A DNA stretch of 43,286 nt, taken from NCBI GenBank assembly GCA_964528205.1, contig CAZGRI010000002.1:6912-50197 (forward strand), read 5' to 3'. How positions within the stretch are numbered: the stretch's first letter is position 1; each line of letters starts with the position of its first letter. The notes under the pieces were generated by a model that saw only the letters and a list, made by a program, of their open reading frames with translations, did not search any database and was not told where the DNA came from. Made by a program: the position numbers and the translations under genes. Shown here piece by piece: positions 35,622 through 43,286 of the stretch. The stretch is from an uncultured Dehalococcoidia bacterium (GTDB lineage Bacteria > Chloroflexota > Dehalococcoidia > Lucifugimonadales > CAZGRI01).

Positions 35622-36014
35622 ATAATCGGCACATCGTACCCGTTGGGCTATCTGTTGGCATTGCGAGTTCGCCATCGATCGCTTGGAAGTTCCGCATTCG
35701 ATACCGTCGTGACCCACATCACCCCCATTGGCGTCCTGATCGGCTTTGACAGCTCCGATGACGTCTCGCCGCGCTGGCGACCTTCGGCTGCTCCGAGGCG
35801 ATTACGCAATCGGGAGCCGAAGCCCATATTCACGGGTGTACAATAATGCTCGGACCCCGATATCGTTGTCGTTCTAGGCAGACTGCTCCGACCTCCAAAG
35901 GTACGCCGATCCCGCAGCTAGCTGCCTCGGAAACCCGGCCTAACGTTATCCGCCAGAATCGACCGCGGAATGTCGAGCCAACCGGACGGTCAGCCAATCC
36001 GTGAGGACCGAACC

Positions 36015-37181
36015 ATGCGAAGCTACTTGACCCACCTGGAATGCACCTACTGCGGCGCCAAGCACTCGGCGGACGAGCCGCACCGTACCTGCTCGGAGTG
36101 CGGAAAGGTCCTGTACCCGAGGTACGACCTGGCCGCAGCTCGGAGTGACGTCGACCGGGACGCCCTCGTGACCAGGCCGGCCAACATGTGGCGGTACTTC
36201 GAGCTCATGCCGGTCCGCGAAACGTCGAACGTTGTTACGCTGGGCGAGGGGTTCACGCCGATACTGCCGGCGGAACGCCTCGGCGAGGAGCTTGGGGCGA
36301 AGTTGCTGTACATCAAAGACGAAGGGGTCAACCCCACGGGTTCGTTCAAGGCGCGGGGCCTGTCGGCGGCGGTCTCCAAGGCCAAGGAGCTCGGCCTGAC
36401 CAGGCTGACCATGCCCTCCGCGGGCAATGCGGCGGGAGCTCTGTCCGCATATGCGGCGAGGGCCGGCATGGATGCCTACGTCTTCATGCCGAACGATGCC
36501 CCCGAGGCCAACAGCAAGGAGGTCGCCATCACGGGTGCCGACCTCACTCTGATCGACGGCCTGATTAGCGATGCGGGACGTCTCTCGCGCCAGAGGGCCC
36601 AAGAGGAGGGACTGTTCGACGTCTCGACCCTCCAGGAGCCCTATCGGGTTGAAGGGAAGAAGACGATGGGCTACGAGATCGCGGAGCAGATGTCCTGGAC
36701 GCTGCCCGACGCCATCGTTTATCCGACCGGCGGTGGGACCGGCATCGTTGGCATGTGGAAAGCGTTCCAGGAGATGGAGGAGCTCGGCTGGATAGGGCCC
36801 GAGCGTCCCAAGATGTTCTGCGTCCAGTCCGACGGCTGCGCCCCCATCGTGAGGGCCTTCGAGCAGGATGCGGAGTTCGCGGAGCCGTGGGAGGATGCCC
36901 AGACCATTGCCGCGGGCATCAGAGTACCAGCGGCGATCGGGGACTATCTTATCCTGGCGGCGCTACGAGAGAGCGGAGGCGGAGCGCTGACGGTTGCCGA
37001 CGACCAGATAATGGATGCTATGAAAAGGGTCGCCGAGCTGGAGGGCATGTTCGTCTGCCCGGAAGGGGCGGCCACGGCCGCGGCCCTGGAGCTGCTGCTT
37101 GCCGAAGGCGCGTTCTCACCCGACGACAACATACTGCTGCTCAACACGGGCACCGGCCTCAAGTACCTGGAGCTTGTGTAG
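36015..37181 (+). CDS. thrC: Threonine synthase (fold-type II PLP enzyme with N-terminal Zn ribbon)
   Basis: CTYC..CSEC, LGEGFTP, NPTGSFKARG, SAGNA, EGKKTMGYE, PTGGGTG, NTGTGLK; RBS GAGG before ATG 36015. Confidence 0.9.
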   Translation: MRSYLTHLECTYCGAKHSADEPHRTCSECGKVLYPRYDLAAARSDVDRDALVTRPANMWRYFELMPVRETSNVVTLGEGFTPILPAERLGEELGAKLLYIKDEGVNPTGSFKARGLSAAVSKAKELGLTRLTMPSAGNAAGALSAYAARAGMDAYVFMPNDAPEANSKEVAITGADLTLIDGLISDAGRLSRQRAQEEGLFDVSTLQEPYRVEGKKTMGYEIAEQMSWTLPDAIVYPTGGGTGIVGMWKAFQEMEELGWIGPERPKMFCVQSDGCAPIVRAFEQDAEFAEPWEDAQTIAAGIRVPAAIGDYLILAALRESGGGALTVADDQIMDAMKRVAELEGMFVCPEGAATAAALELLLAEGAFSPDDNILLLNTGTGLKYLELV

Positions 37182-37224
37182 GGACAGTACCGGTTTCCGC
37201 CGACCGTGGGAGGGGGATTAAGCG

Positions 37225-37470
37225 CTAGAGCAGCTCCACCTCGGTGACATGGGGGGCGTAGATGCCCAGCGAGGTCTTCATCATGGTGCGGACCATGTCG
37301 GGAGCCGGGACGCACTCCGGACACTCCTCGTTGTAGCCCAGGTTGTATCGGACGGTGAGCCGTCCGTCCGTCAGGTCGACGAACTCCAGCGATCCGCCTT
37401 CAGACGCCACGATGGTGTGCATGTTGTCCAGCACCGTCTTGACGCCCGCGTCCACGTTGTCCGTTGTCAT
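37225..37470 (-). CDS. Small NifU-C (Nfu)-like domain protein
   Basis: 81 aa from ATG 37470 (RBS GGAGG): VLD...EGGSLEFVD...CPEC...VTEVELL, matching the Nfu domain layout with CxxC. Confidence 0.72.
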   Translation of the reverse strand: MTTDNVDAGVKTVLDNMHTIVASEGGSLEFVDLTDGRLTVRYNLGYNEECPECVPAPDMVRTMMKTSLGIYAPHVTEVELL

Positions 37471-37568
37471 TTCGCCTCCCGTGGGTTCCCTCGACACGAC
37501 TGTCGACCAGCGTAAGTCGATCCGGCAGGCCCTGTCAAACCGGACCTCCCCCGTCCGAGGGGGCCTGA

Positions 37569-38009
37569 TCACCGCTGCTCCACCCGGCCGAGCTCTCCCA
37601 CCCAGTGGACCATGGGCATCTGTGGCTGTACGGCACGCACCAGCCGTCGATCGGCGGTCCAGAACTCGCAGCCCTGGTGCTCGGCCAGCGCCACATACAG
37701 GGCGTCGTACACGGCCCCAAGCCGGAACTCTCCGGCCAACGTGATCGCCCTGGAGTAGAGACCGGGTGGCTCGGCTATGACGATGGTCGGTATTAGCATC
37801 CCCAAAGCGTCGGAGGTCTCCTGTCCTGTGATGATCCCTCGGCGCGCGGTCCGATGGAGGACGTTCGCTACTTCTGGCCGGAAGATCGGCGGGGCAATCA
37901 AGGTTTCCGCTTGTAATCTCCAGGCCTGCAGGAGAGCCCAGGCTTCCTCTGTTTGTTCCTCGGGCAGCACCCATTTGAGCGCCAGGCTGGCGTCGACGGC
38001 GATAGTCAA
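37569..38009 (-). CDS. vapC: PIN-domain (VapC-like) toxin
   Basis: VDASLALKW..EE, EVANVL, YDALYVALAE, WTADRRL acidic PIN motifs; TTGA overlap with the upstream gene. Confidence 0.92.
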   Translation of the reverse strand: MTIAVDASLALKWVLPEEQTEEAWALLQAWRLQAETLIAPPIFRPEVANVLHRTARRGIITGQETSDALGMLIPTIVIAEPPGLYSRAITLAGEFRLGAVYDALYVALAEHQGCEFWTADRRLVRAVQPQMPMVHWVGELGRVEQR

Positions 38010-38413
38010 GTCTGCGCAAGGTCGTCGGCGTCGTAGCGACCTTCCCCAAAGACTGCGCCGTAGACTTGGCGAGAGCGTCGTTCCCGTTCCTCCCGGATAA
38101 TCTCGGCGCTATCCTGAGGCATCTTTCCGCGTGCGGCTATCCGCTCCCGCAGCGCGCTAATGCGGGCCAACAACTCAGGAGTCAAGCTCCCGGCGTCTTC
38201 TGGAGTGTCGACGTATGCCATGTCGTTGCCTTCTTCACCGGTGAACCGCAGCGCCGACTCGATGTCTTCGGTGCTCAGCAATGTAACCCGCTCGTCCCGC
38301 GGGTCTTTGGCCGTCCGCAGCCGGCCCTGGGTCGCCAGTCGGTGGAGCTTGGTGCGGCTCACGCCGTAGCGCACGGCCGCCTCTTTGATCATCATGTAGC
38401 CTGGCCGTCTCAC
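38006..38413 (-). CDS. Putative antitoxin: excisionase-like HTH (HTH_17) plus VapB-like C-terminus
   Basis: MMIKEAAVRYGVSRTKLHRLATQGRL HTH; C-terminal LRERI...DSAEIIREERERR; RBS GGAGG; coupled to the PIN gene. Confidence 0.78.
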   Translation of the reverse strand: MRRPGYMMIKEAAVRYGVSRTKLHRLATQGRLRTAKDPRDERVTLLSTEDIESALRFTGEEGNDMAYVDTPEDAGSLTPELLARISALRERIAARGKMPQDSAEIIREERERRSRQVYGAVFGEGRYDADDLAQT

Positions 38414-38458
38414 ACCGCACCTCCATCACTACCTTACCACATTGTATCCGAACCGTCT

Positions 38459-38496
38459 ACTACATACTGTTATGTGCATTATGCACGATATGTAGT
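38459..38496. promoter_or_regulatory. AT-rich nested palindrome between the TA operon and selB
   Basis: ACTACATA...GTGCAT-T-ATGCAC..TATGTAGT. Confidence 0.5.
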
Positions 38497-38507
38497 TCTG
38501 CCCTTGA

Positions 38508-38536
38508 TTGCCCGGCCTAATGCCCTGTGCTATCCT
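38508..38536 (+). promoter_or_regulatory. Putative selB promoter
   Basis: TTGCCC (38508-38513), 17 bp, TATCCT (38531-38536) preceded by TGc (extended -10). Confidence 0.5.
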
Positions 38537-38569
38537 GAAAACCCATCCCCAGGGACATGAGGTCGATGC

Positions 38570-40432
38570 GTGTACGTCGTAGGCACTGCCGGGCACGTAG
38601 ACCACGGTAAGTCCACCCTCGTCGAGGCGCTAACTGGCATAGACCCGGACCGGCTCGCAGAAGAGAAAGAGCGCGGGTTGACCATAGACCTCGGATTCGC
38701 CTGGCTGCGTCTGCCCGGGGGCAACGAGGTCAGCATCGTCGACGTGCCCGGCCATGAGAGGTTCGTCAATAACATGCTTGCCGGCGTCGGTGGAATCGAC
38801 CTGGCACTGCTCGTCGTTGCGGCCGACGAGTCGGTCATGCCACAGACCAGGGAGCACCTTGCCATACTCGACCTTCTTCAGATCAAGGCGGGCCTGGTTG
38901 CGATTACCAAAAAAGACCTGGTGGACCGGGACTGGCTCGACCTGGTGGTTGTGGACGTGGAGGACGTGTTGACGGACACCGAGCTGGAGGGGGCGCCTAT
39001 AGTTCCCGTGTCTGCAATGACGAGGGACGGGCTGGACGAGCTCGTAAGCACACTTGAGGGCCTGCTTCAGCGGACTCCGCCCAAGAAAGACCTGGATCGC
39101 CCTCGTCTCCCCATAGACCGCGCCTTTACCATTGCGGGCTTCGGCACCGTTGTCACAGGAACGCTGGTCGATGGCCGGCTGGAGGTCGGCCAGGAGGTCG
39201 AGCTTACGACATCGGGCAAGCGTGGGCGCATAAGAGGCCTCCAGACGCACGGTCAGAAGTTGGAGAGCGCCGAACCGGGAAGCAGGGTGGCCGCCAACTT
39301 GACAGGTTTGTCACACGAGGAGATCGACCGGGGAGAGGTATTGACCCTGCCGGGCTGGTTGAGGCCCACTGAGGCGATCGACGTTCGGCTCAAGGTGCTG
39401 CCCGACGCGCCGAACCCGATACGCCACAACATGTTCGTTACCGTCCACACCGGAAGCAGCGAGGTCATAGGGCGCGTGCGCCTGCTCGAAAAGCGGGTGG
39501 CCGACCCCGGCGACACGACCTGGGCCCAGATCAAGCTCGAATCGCCCCTCGCGGTGGTCAAAGGGGACTACTACGTCATCAGGTCCAACCAGACCACCCT
39601 CGGCGGCGGCTCGATAGCGGACCCCCATGCCCGCCGACACAGGCGGATGCACCGCCCGGTGCTGGACCGCCTGGACGCCATGGAGCAGGGCTCCGAAGTC
39701 GATCTTCTGCTCAAAACGATCGAGCTTTCCGAGCCCACCGAGTTCCAGGGCCTGGTCAACCGGGCCAACCTGCGGCCCGAAGACGCCAAGGATCGCCTGA
39801 CGAAGATGGCCGAAGAAGGGCTGATCGTGCCTCTAGGGGGGAAGCCGATTGGGCCCGGTGTCCTGATACATACAGGTCAGGGCTGGGCCTCCCTAGGCGA
39901 AAGGGCCCATCACGCGCTCGAGGCGTACCACGGTCTGTTTCCACTCCGTCAGGGGGCCCCTAAAGAGGAGCTCCGTAGCCGCCTGGCACTGGGTCCACAG
40001 GTGTTTAACCAGGTGCTACCCATGCTCGCGCAAAGCGGCGTGATCGTCGAGGATGGCGCCACGGTGCGACTGCCGAAGTTCCGTCCCCAGCTTAGCCATG
40101 AGCAGGAGGGGGTTGCACGAGTGTTTCTTGCGACGCTCGAGGCGCAGCCCTACTCACCGCCCACAGATTCATCGATCGATGCCGAGGTGGTGAACCTGCT
40201 GTCGAACGAAGGCAGACTCGTGAGGGTCAGCGAGACAGTCGCATTCTCCTCCGACGCCTATCGTGAGATGGTGAACAGGGTATCGGCCTTCCTGTCCGAG
40301 CGCGGAGAGATCAGTGTCGCCGACGTTCGGGACATGTTCAACACCAGCAGGAAGTATGCTCTCGCCCTCATGGACCACCTGGACCACGAGCGGATTACCC
40401 GCCGGGTCGGCGACGTCAGGGTCTTGAGATGA
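38570..40432 (+). CDS. selB: Selenocysteine-specific translation elongation factor
   Basis: [37 protein letters not shown]...[10 protein letters not shown]-terminal winged helix [13 protein letters not shown]...TRRVGD.R. Confidence 0.97.
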   Translation: MYVVGTAGHVDHGKSTLVEALTGIDPDRLAEEKERGLTIDLGFAWLRLPGGNEVSIVDVPGHERFVNNMLAGVGGIDLALLVVAADESVMPQTREHLAILDLLQIKAGLVAITKKDLVDRDWLDLVVVDVEDVLTDTELEGAPIVPVSAMTRDGLDELVSTLEGLLQRTPPKKDLDRPRLPIDRAFTIAGFGTVVTGTLVDGRLEVGQEVELTTSGKRGRIRGLQTHGQKLESAEPGSRVAANLTGLSHEEIDRGEVLTLPGWLRPTEAIDVRLKVLPDAPNPIRHNMFVTVHTGSSEVIGRVRLLEKRVADPGDTTWAQIKLESPLAVVKGDYYVIRSNQTTLGGGSIADPHARRHRRMHRPVLDRLDAMEQGSEVDLLLKTIELSEPTEFQGLVNRANLRPEDAKDRLTKMAEEGLIVPLGGKPIGPGVLIHTGQGWASLGERAHHALEAYHGLFPLRQGAPKEELRSRLALGPQVFNQVLPMLAQSGVIVEDGATVRLPKFRPQLSHEQEGVARVFLATLEAQPYSPPTDSSIDAEVVNLLSNEGRLVRVSETVAFSSDAYREMVNRVSAFLSERGEISVADVRDMFNTSRKYALALMDHLDHERITRRVGDVRVLR

Positions 40433-40920
40433 CGTCCGCGCCCGGACCGGCGCGGTTGGAGTTTGCTCTGGACGGCACTGGTCTTCCCGTGTCGAACTTG
40501 TCCTCGATTCTCAGGGTGTTGCAGGCGACACTTAGAGAGGTCGCCCGCAACACCGAAGAGACGCGGGAACGCTTTGCGAGCCAGCCTCAGCCGGTCCTGC
40601 AACTCTCCATCAGTGCGGCCGGCGGAGACATGGTCATGGAGTTCCACTTCGCGGACCCGTCCGATTCCGCGGCCATGACCCAACTCTCGGAGCGAGCGTT
40701 CGCCGAGTTTGTGGACAGGCTGGCACAGTTCATCAAGAGACTGCCTCAGAGGGGTCTATGGGGAGAATCCCTCGCCGGCTCCCAGACCCGGAGTTACGAG
40801 TCCGAGTTGGACCGACGGCTCGACGAGCTCAGAATGGAGCTACGCCGGCTCCCGAGGGCGAAGCTGACCTTCGATCGTCAGACAATCTCAATCGAAGGCG
40901 ACCGCGTGGAAATGGGTTAG
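40429..40920 (+). CDS. Hypothetical protein (163 aa), coupled to selB
   Basis: ATGA overlap with the selB stop; fills the gap before nurA; no recognised motif. Confidence 0.72.
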   Translation: MTSAPGPARLEFALDGTGLPVSNLSSILRVLQATLREVARNTEETRERFASQPQPVLQLSISAAGGDMVMEFHFADPSDSAAMTQLSERAFAEFVDRLAQFIKRLPQRGLWGESLAGSQTRSYESELDRRLDELRMELRRLPRAKLTFDRQTISIEGDRVEMG

Positions 40921-40991
40921 CCCGGGCATCCGGCTCGACCCGAAGCAGACCGTCCTACTTTGAGAGCCCTGGACCGTAGACCGGAGTCCCA

Positions 40992-42206
40992 ATGTCGCTG
41001 GACCTCAACAAGACCGCCTTCCAGGTGGATAACATGGCCCGGCATCTCAAGGCACGCACCGCCGACCGGATGTCTCGCCTTCAGCGCGCCCGGGAGGCGA
41101 TCGAGACGTTCGACCCGGTCGAGCAGGAGTCCAAACGACTCCGCAGCGTCGGGACGCTGGCGTGGAACGTGCCGTCTGTCGATCAGAGCCCTGGCGCCCG
41201 ACATCCGCAGCCTCCCGTGCCTGACGACTTCCGCGTCGTCGGCGTCGACGGCTCCCACATTGACGTCGATCGGAACATCGCCGCCCAGTGCTATCTGATA
41301 AACATCGGCGCCGCGGTCATCACCTATGGCTCTGATGCCAACGCCCGGCTCTTCAACGCGCCGCGTCTCTACGCCGGTGACGACGAGCTCGTCATCGGGG
41401 ACCGTCGCGATCCGTTCCGCCGGGCGCCGATCGAAGGCACCGTGCTCGGGGCCAAGAGAACGGTCGACGAGATGAGAGCCCTTGTCGATGCCGTGAAGGA
41501 GCTGCCGGAGGGCCTGCCGACCCTGGCGCTGGTCGACGGTTCGTTGCTGCTGATCGGTCTCGTGGGCCGCGGTTCCAACGACTTTGTCGCCCGGGAGCTC
41601 ATAGAGGAGGGCTTCGTCCCCGCACTCGAAGAGCTCAGAACGATGGCCCGAACTCGACCCCTCGTGCTGGCCGGTTACATCAGCCTCCCTCGGAGCGGCG
41701 AGCTGGTTAGCGCCCTCAGGCTGAAGCTGTGCCCCTTCGAGGTCGCGGATTGCATGGGACACTGCGGCGAGATCGCATACGGAGAGAGGCCGTGCGACGC
41801 GGGGGCATTGGCGCTAATGGACCGGGACCTCTATGGGGAGATCCTGGCGCCGGGCGAACGGTCCGCCGTCTTCGCAAGCTCCTCCTCGCTGGTGGCCGAC
41901 TACTACCAGGGGCACGGGCTGCACTTCTTCTACGTCAACGGAGGCGACGAGATCGCGCGCATAGAGATACCCTCATGGGTGGCGGATGACCGGGCCTCCC
42001 TGGATCTGGCCCATGCATTGATAGCCGATCAGTGCCGGCGTGGCTTGGGCTATCCGACGGCGCTTATGGAGGCCCACGAGCAGGCGGTCGTGACTGGGTC
42101 CGACCGGGAGTATTTCGTACGGCTGGTGGAGGACGCACTCTCCGCGGAGCGCGTCAGCATCTACTCGTCCCATAAGAGCATGTCCAAGCGCCTCAGGTGG
42201 CTATAA
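40992..42206 (+). CDS. nurA: NurA family 5'-3' nuclease
   Basis: VGVDGS, LALVDGSL, LAGYIS, RIEIP, GYPTALMEAHEQA; RBS GGAG. Confidence 0.9.
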   Translation: MSLDLNKTAFQVDNMARHLKARTADRMSRLQRAREAIETFDPVEQESKRLRSVGTLAWNVPSVDQSPGARHPQPPVPDDFRVVGVDGSHIDVDRNIAAQCYLINIGAAVITYGSDANARLFNAPRLYAGDDELVIGDRRDPFRRAPIEGTVLGAKRTVDEMRALVDAVKELPEGLPTLALVDGSLLLIGLVGRGSNDFVARELIEEGFVPALEELRTMARTRPLVLAGYISLPRSGELVSALRLKLCPFEVADCMGHCGEIAYGERPCDAGALALMDRDLYGEILAPGERSAVFASSSSLVADYYQGHGLHFFYVNGGDEIARIEIPSWVADDRASLDLAHALIADQCRRGLGYPTALMEAHEQAVVTGSDREYFVRLVEDALSAERVSIYSSHKSMSKRLRWL

Positions 42207-42216
42207 AGTCCCCATC

Positions 42217-42245
42217 ATGAGACCGGGCTTCCCATGCTGTATAAT
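42217..42245 (+). promoter_or_regulatory. Putative speD-speE promoter
   Basis: ATGAGA (42217-42222), 17 bp, perfect TATAAT (42240-42245). Confidence 0.5.
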
Positions 42246-42286
42246 ACCGACTCGTCGATTCGCCATCGAACTCCCCGACTGAGGAC

Positions 42287-42664
42287 ATGTGTTTGGACGC
42301 GCTAGGCACCCATCTGCTGCTGGACCTGAAGGAGTGCGACCCCGACTTTCTGGACGACATTGCTCGAATCAAGCGAGGGATGATAAGTGCGACGGAGCGG
42401 GCGGGCGCGACCATAGTCGGTGAAAGCTTCCACAAGTTCAGCCCCTTCGGTGTGACAGGGATCATCGCCATTGCGGAGTCGCACCTTTGCATACACACTT
42501 GGCCCGAGCACCGGTACGCGGCCGTCGACATCTTTAGCTGCGGCTCGGCGTTCCGGCCTCGTGAAGCGGCCGACCTGATCATCGAGCTTCTCCAATGCGC
42601 CCAGCCCGCGATCACAGAGCTACCGCGTGGCGTGATCCCCTCCGCCACCGTCTCGTCCACCTGA
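42287..42664 (+). CDS. speD: S-adenosylmethionine decarboxylase proenzyme (short class 1B)
   Basis: LGTHLLLDL, FHKFSPFGVTG, AESHLCIHTWPE (ES self-cleavage/pyruvoyl site), DIFSCG. Start may be TTG at 42293. Confidence 0.95.
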   Translation: MCLDALGTHLLLDLKECDPDFLDDIARIKRGMISATERAGATIVGESFHKFSPFGVTGIIAIAESHLCIHTWPEHRYAAVDIFSCGSAFRPREAADLIIELLQCAQPAITELPRGVIPSATVSST

Positions 42665-42669
42665 ACCGG

Positions 42670-43286
42670 ATGGGTCCGTCCGATCCCACAATGGATGATC
42701 TCCGCGACGGTCACTGGCACCATGAGACGATCACTACCGGCCTCGTTCAGTCCGAGCGTATTCGGCAGGTCTACTTCCAGGGCAGGACCGAGTTTCAGGA
42801 CATTGCGATTGTCGAGGCCGAGTGTTTCGGCAGGTCCTTGATCCTGGACGGCAAGACGCAGTCTACCGAGGTGGACGAATTCGTCTACCACGAGGCCCTG
42901 GTCCACCCCTCGATGCTGGCCCACCCGGACCCTCGGACCGTTTTCGTCGCCGGCGGCGGCGAGGGCGCGACCATCAGGGAGGTCTTCTCACACCGGTCGG
43001 TTGACAGAGCGGTGATGGTGGACATTGACGATGAGGTGGTCGAGGCCTGCCGGGAGTACCTGCCCAATCACCACCGCGGCTCCTTCGACGACCCCCGGCT
43101 AGAGCTGCACCACGCGGACGCTTTCCGATTCCTGGAGGAGACGGCCGAACGGTACGACGTGGTGGTCATAGACGTCCCGGACCCTCTCGAGCAAGGCCCG
43201 GCGTACCGGCTCTTCACCCGCGAGTTCTACTCGCTGCTCAGGGAGAGGTTGAACCCCGACGGGATCATGGTCGCGCAGGCGGGACC
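42670..43286 (+). CDS. speE: Polyamine aminopropyltransferase / spermidine synthase (runs off the window end)
   Basis: Manual translation: ...RTEFQDI...FGRSLILDGKTQSTEVDEFVYHEALVHP...VAGGGEGATIREV...MVDID...VIDVPDP...; start at 42670 or 42691. Confidence 0.94.
   Translation, partial: MGPSDPTMDDLRDGHWHHETITTGLVQSERIRQVYFQGRTEFQDIAIVEAECFGRSLILDGKTQSTEVDEFVYHEALVHPSMLAHPDPRTVFVAGGGEGATIREVFSHRSVDRAVMVDIDDEVVEACREYLPNHHRGSFDDPRLELHHADAFRFLEETAERYDVVVIDVPDPLEQGPAYRLFTREFYSLLRERLNPDGIMVAQAG

Noticed and set aside
1-43286. Selenoprotein genes or tRNA-Sec expected near selB
   Set aside because: I found no gene interrupted by TGA at a catalytic Cys position (the trxB CATC uses TGC; the Nfu and DUF362 motifs are Cys) and no selC-like tRNA. 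Very short selenoproteins cannot be excluded by eye.

Overview
A GC-rich bacterial chromosomal window with about 43 protein-coding genes and one tRNA-Gln(TTG). The gene content (DUF1800, NHL-propeller, FadE-type acyl-CoA dehydrogenase, TcuA-like flavoprotein, HpcH aldolase, NurA) suggests Chloroflexota of the Dehalococcoidia/SAR202 type; this is inference only. In order: a pit/DUF47 phosphate transport pair, SRPBCC protein, epimerase plus coupled hypothetical, DUF362 Fe-S protein, fhs, a ~7 kb block of membrane proteins with a NarL-type two-component system, pabB-NIPSNAP, CPA2 antiporter, aldolase, GNAT, SDR-PhzF, TIGR01777, an RHH/MazF toxin-antitoxin pair behind tRNA-Gln, tcuA-like-moxR-DUF58-DUF4129-frameshifted tauE, DUF1800-NHL-class III aminotransferase-trxB-ACAD, thrC, NifU-like protein, an HTH/PIN toxin-antitoxin pair, and selB-hypothetical-nurA-speD-speE. 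The best lead is a self-contained two-component regulon: identically spaced operator/promoter motifs lie upstream of both the kinase-regulator operon and the DUF998/cupredoxin/membrane-protein operon, and the second operon starts with an unannotated 36-aa ORF. Other leads are the selB-orphan-nurA-polyamine cluster with a Cys-cluster NurA and no HerA, a DUF1800 paired with an NHL propeller instead of DUF1501, a REP/MITE-like hairpin, and palindromic operators at both TA modules. No CRISPR array, rRNA, integrase or transposase was seen. Family calls come from motif recognition by eye, not database searches.
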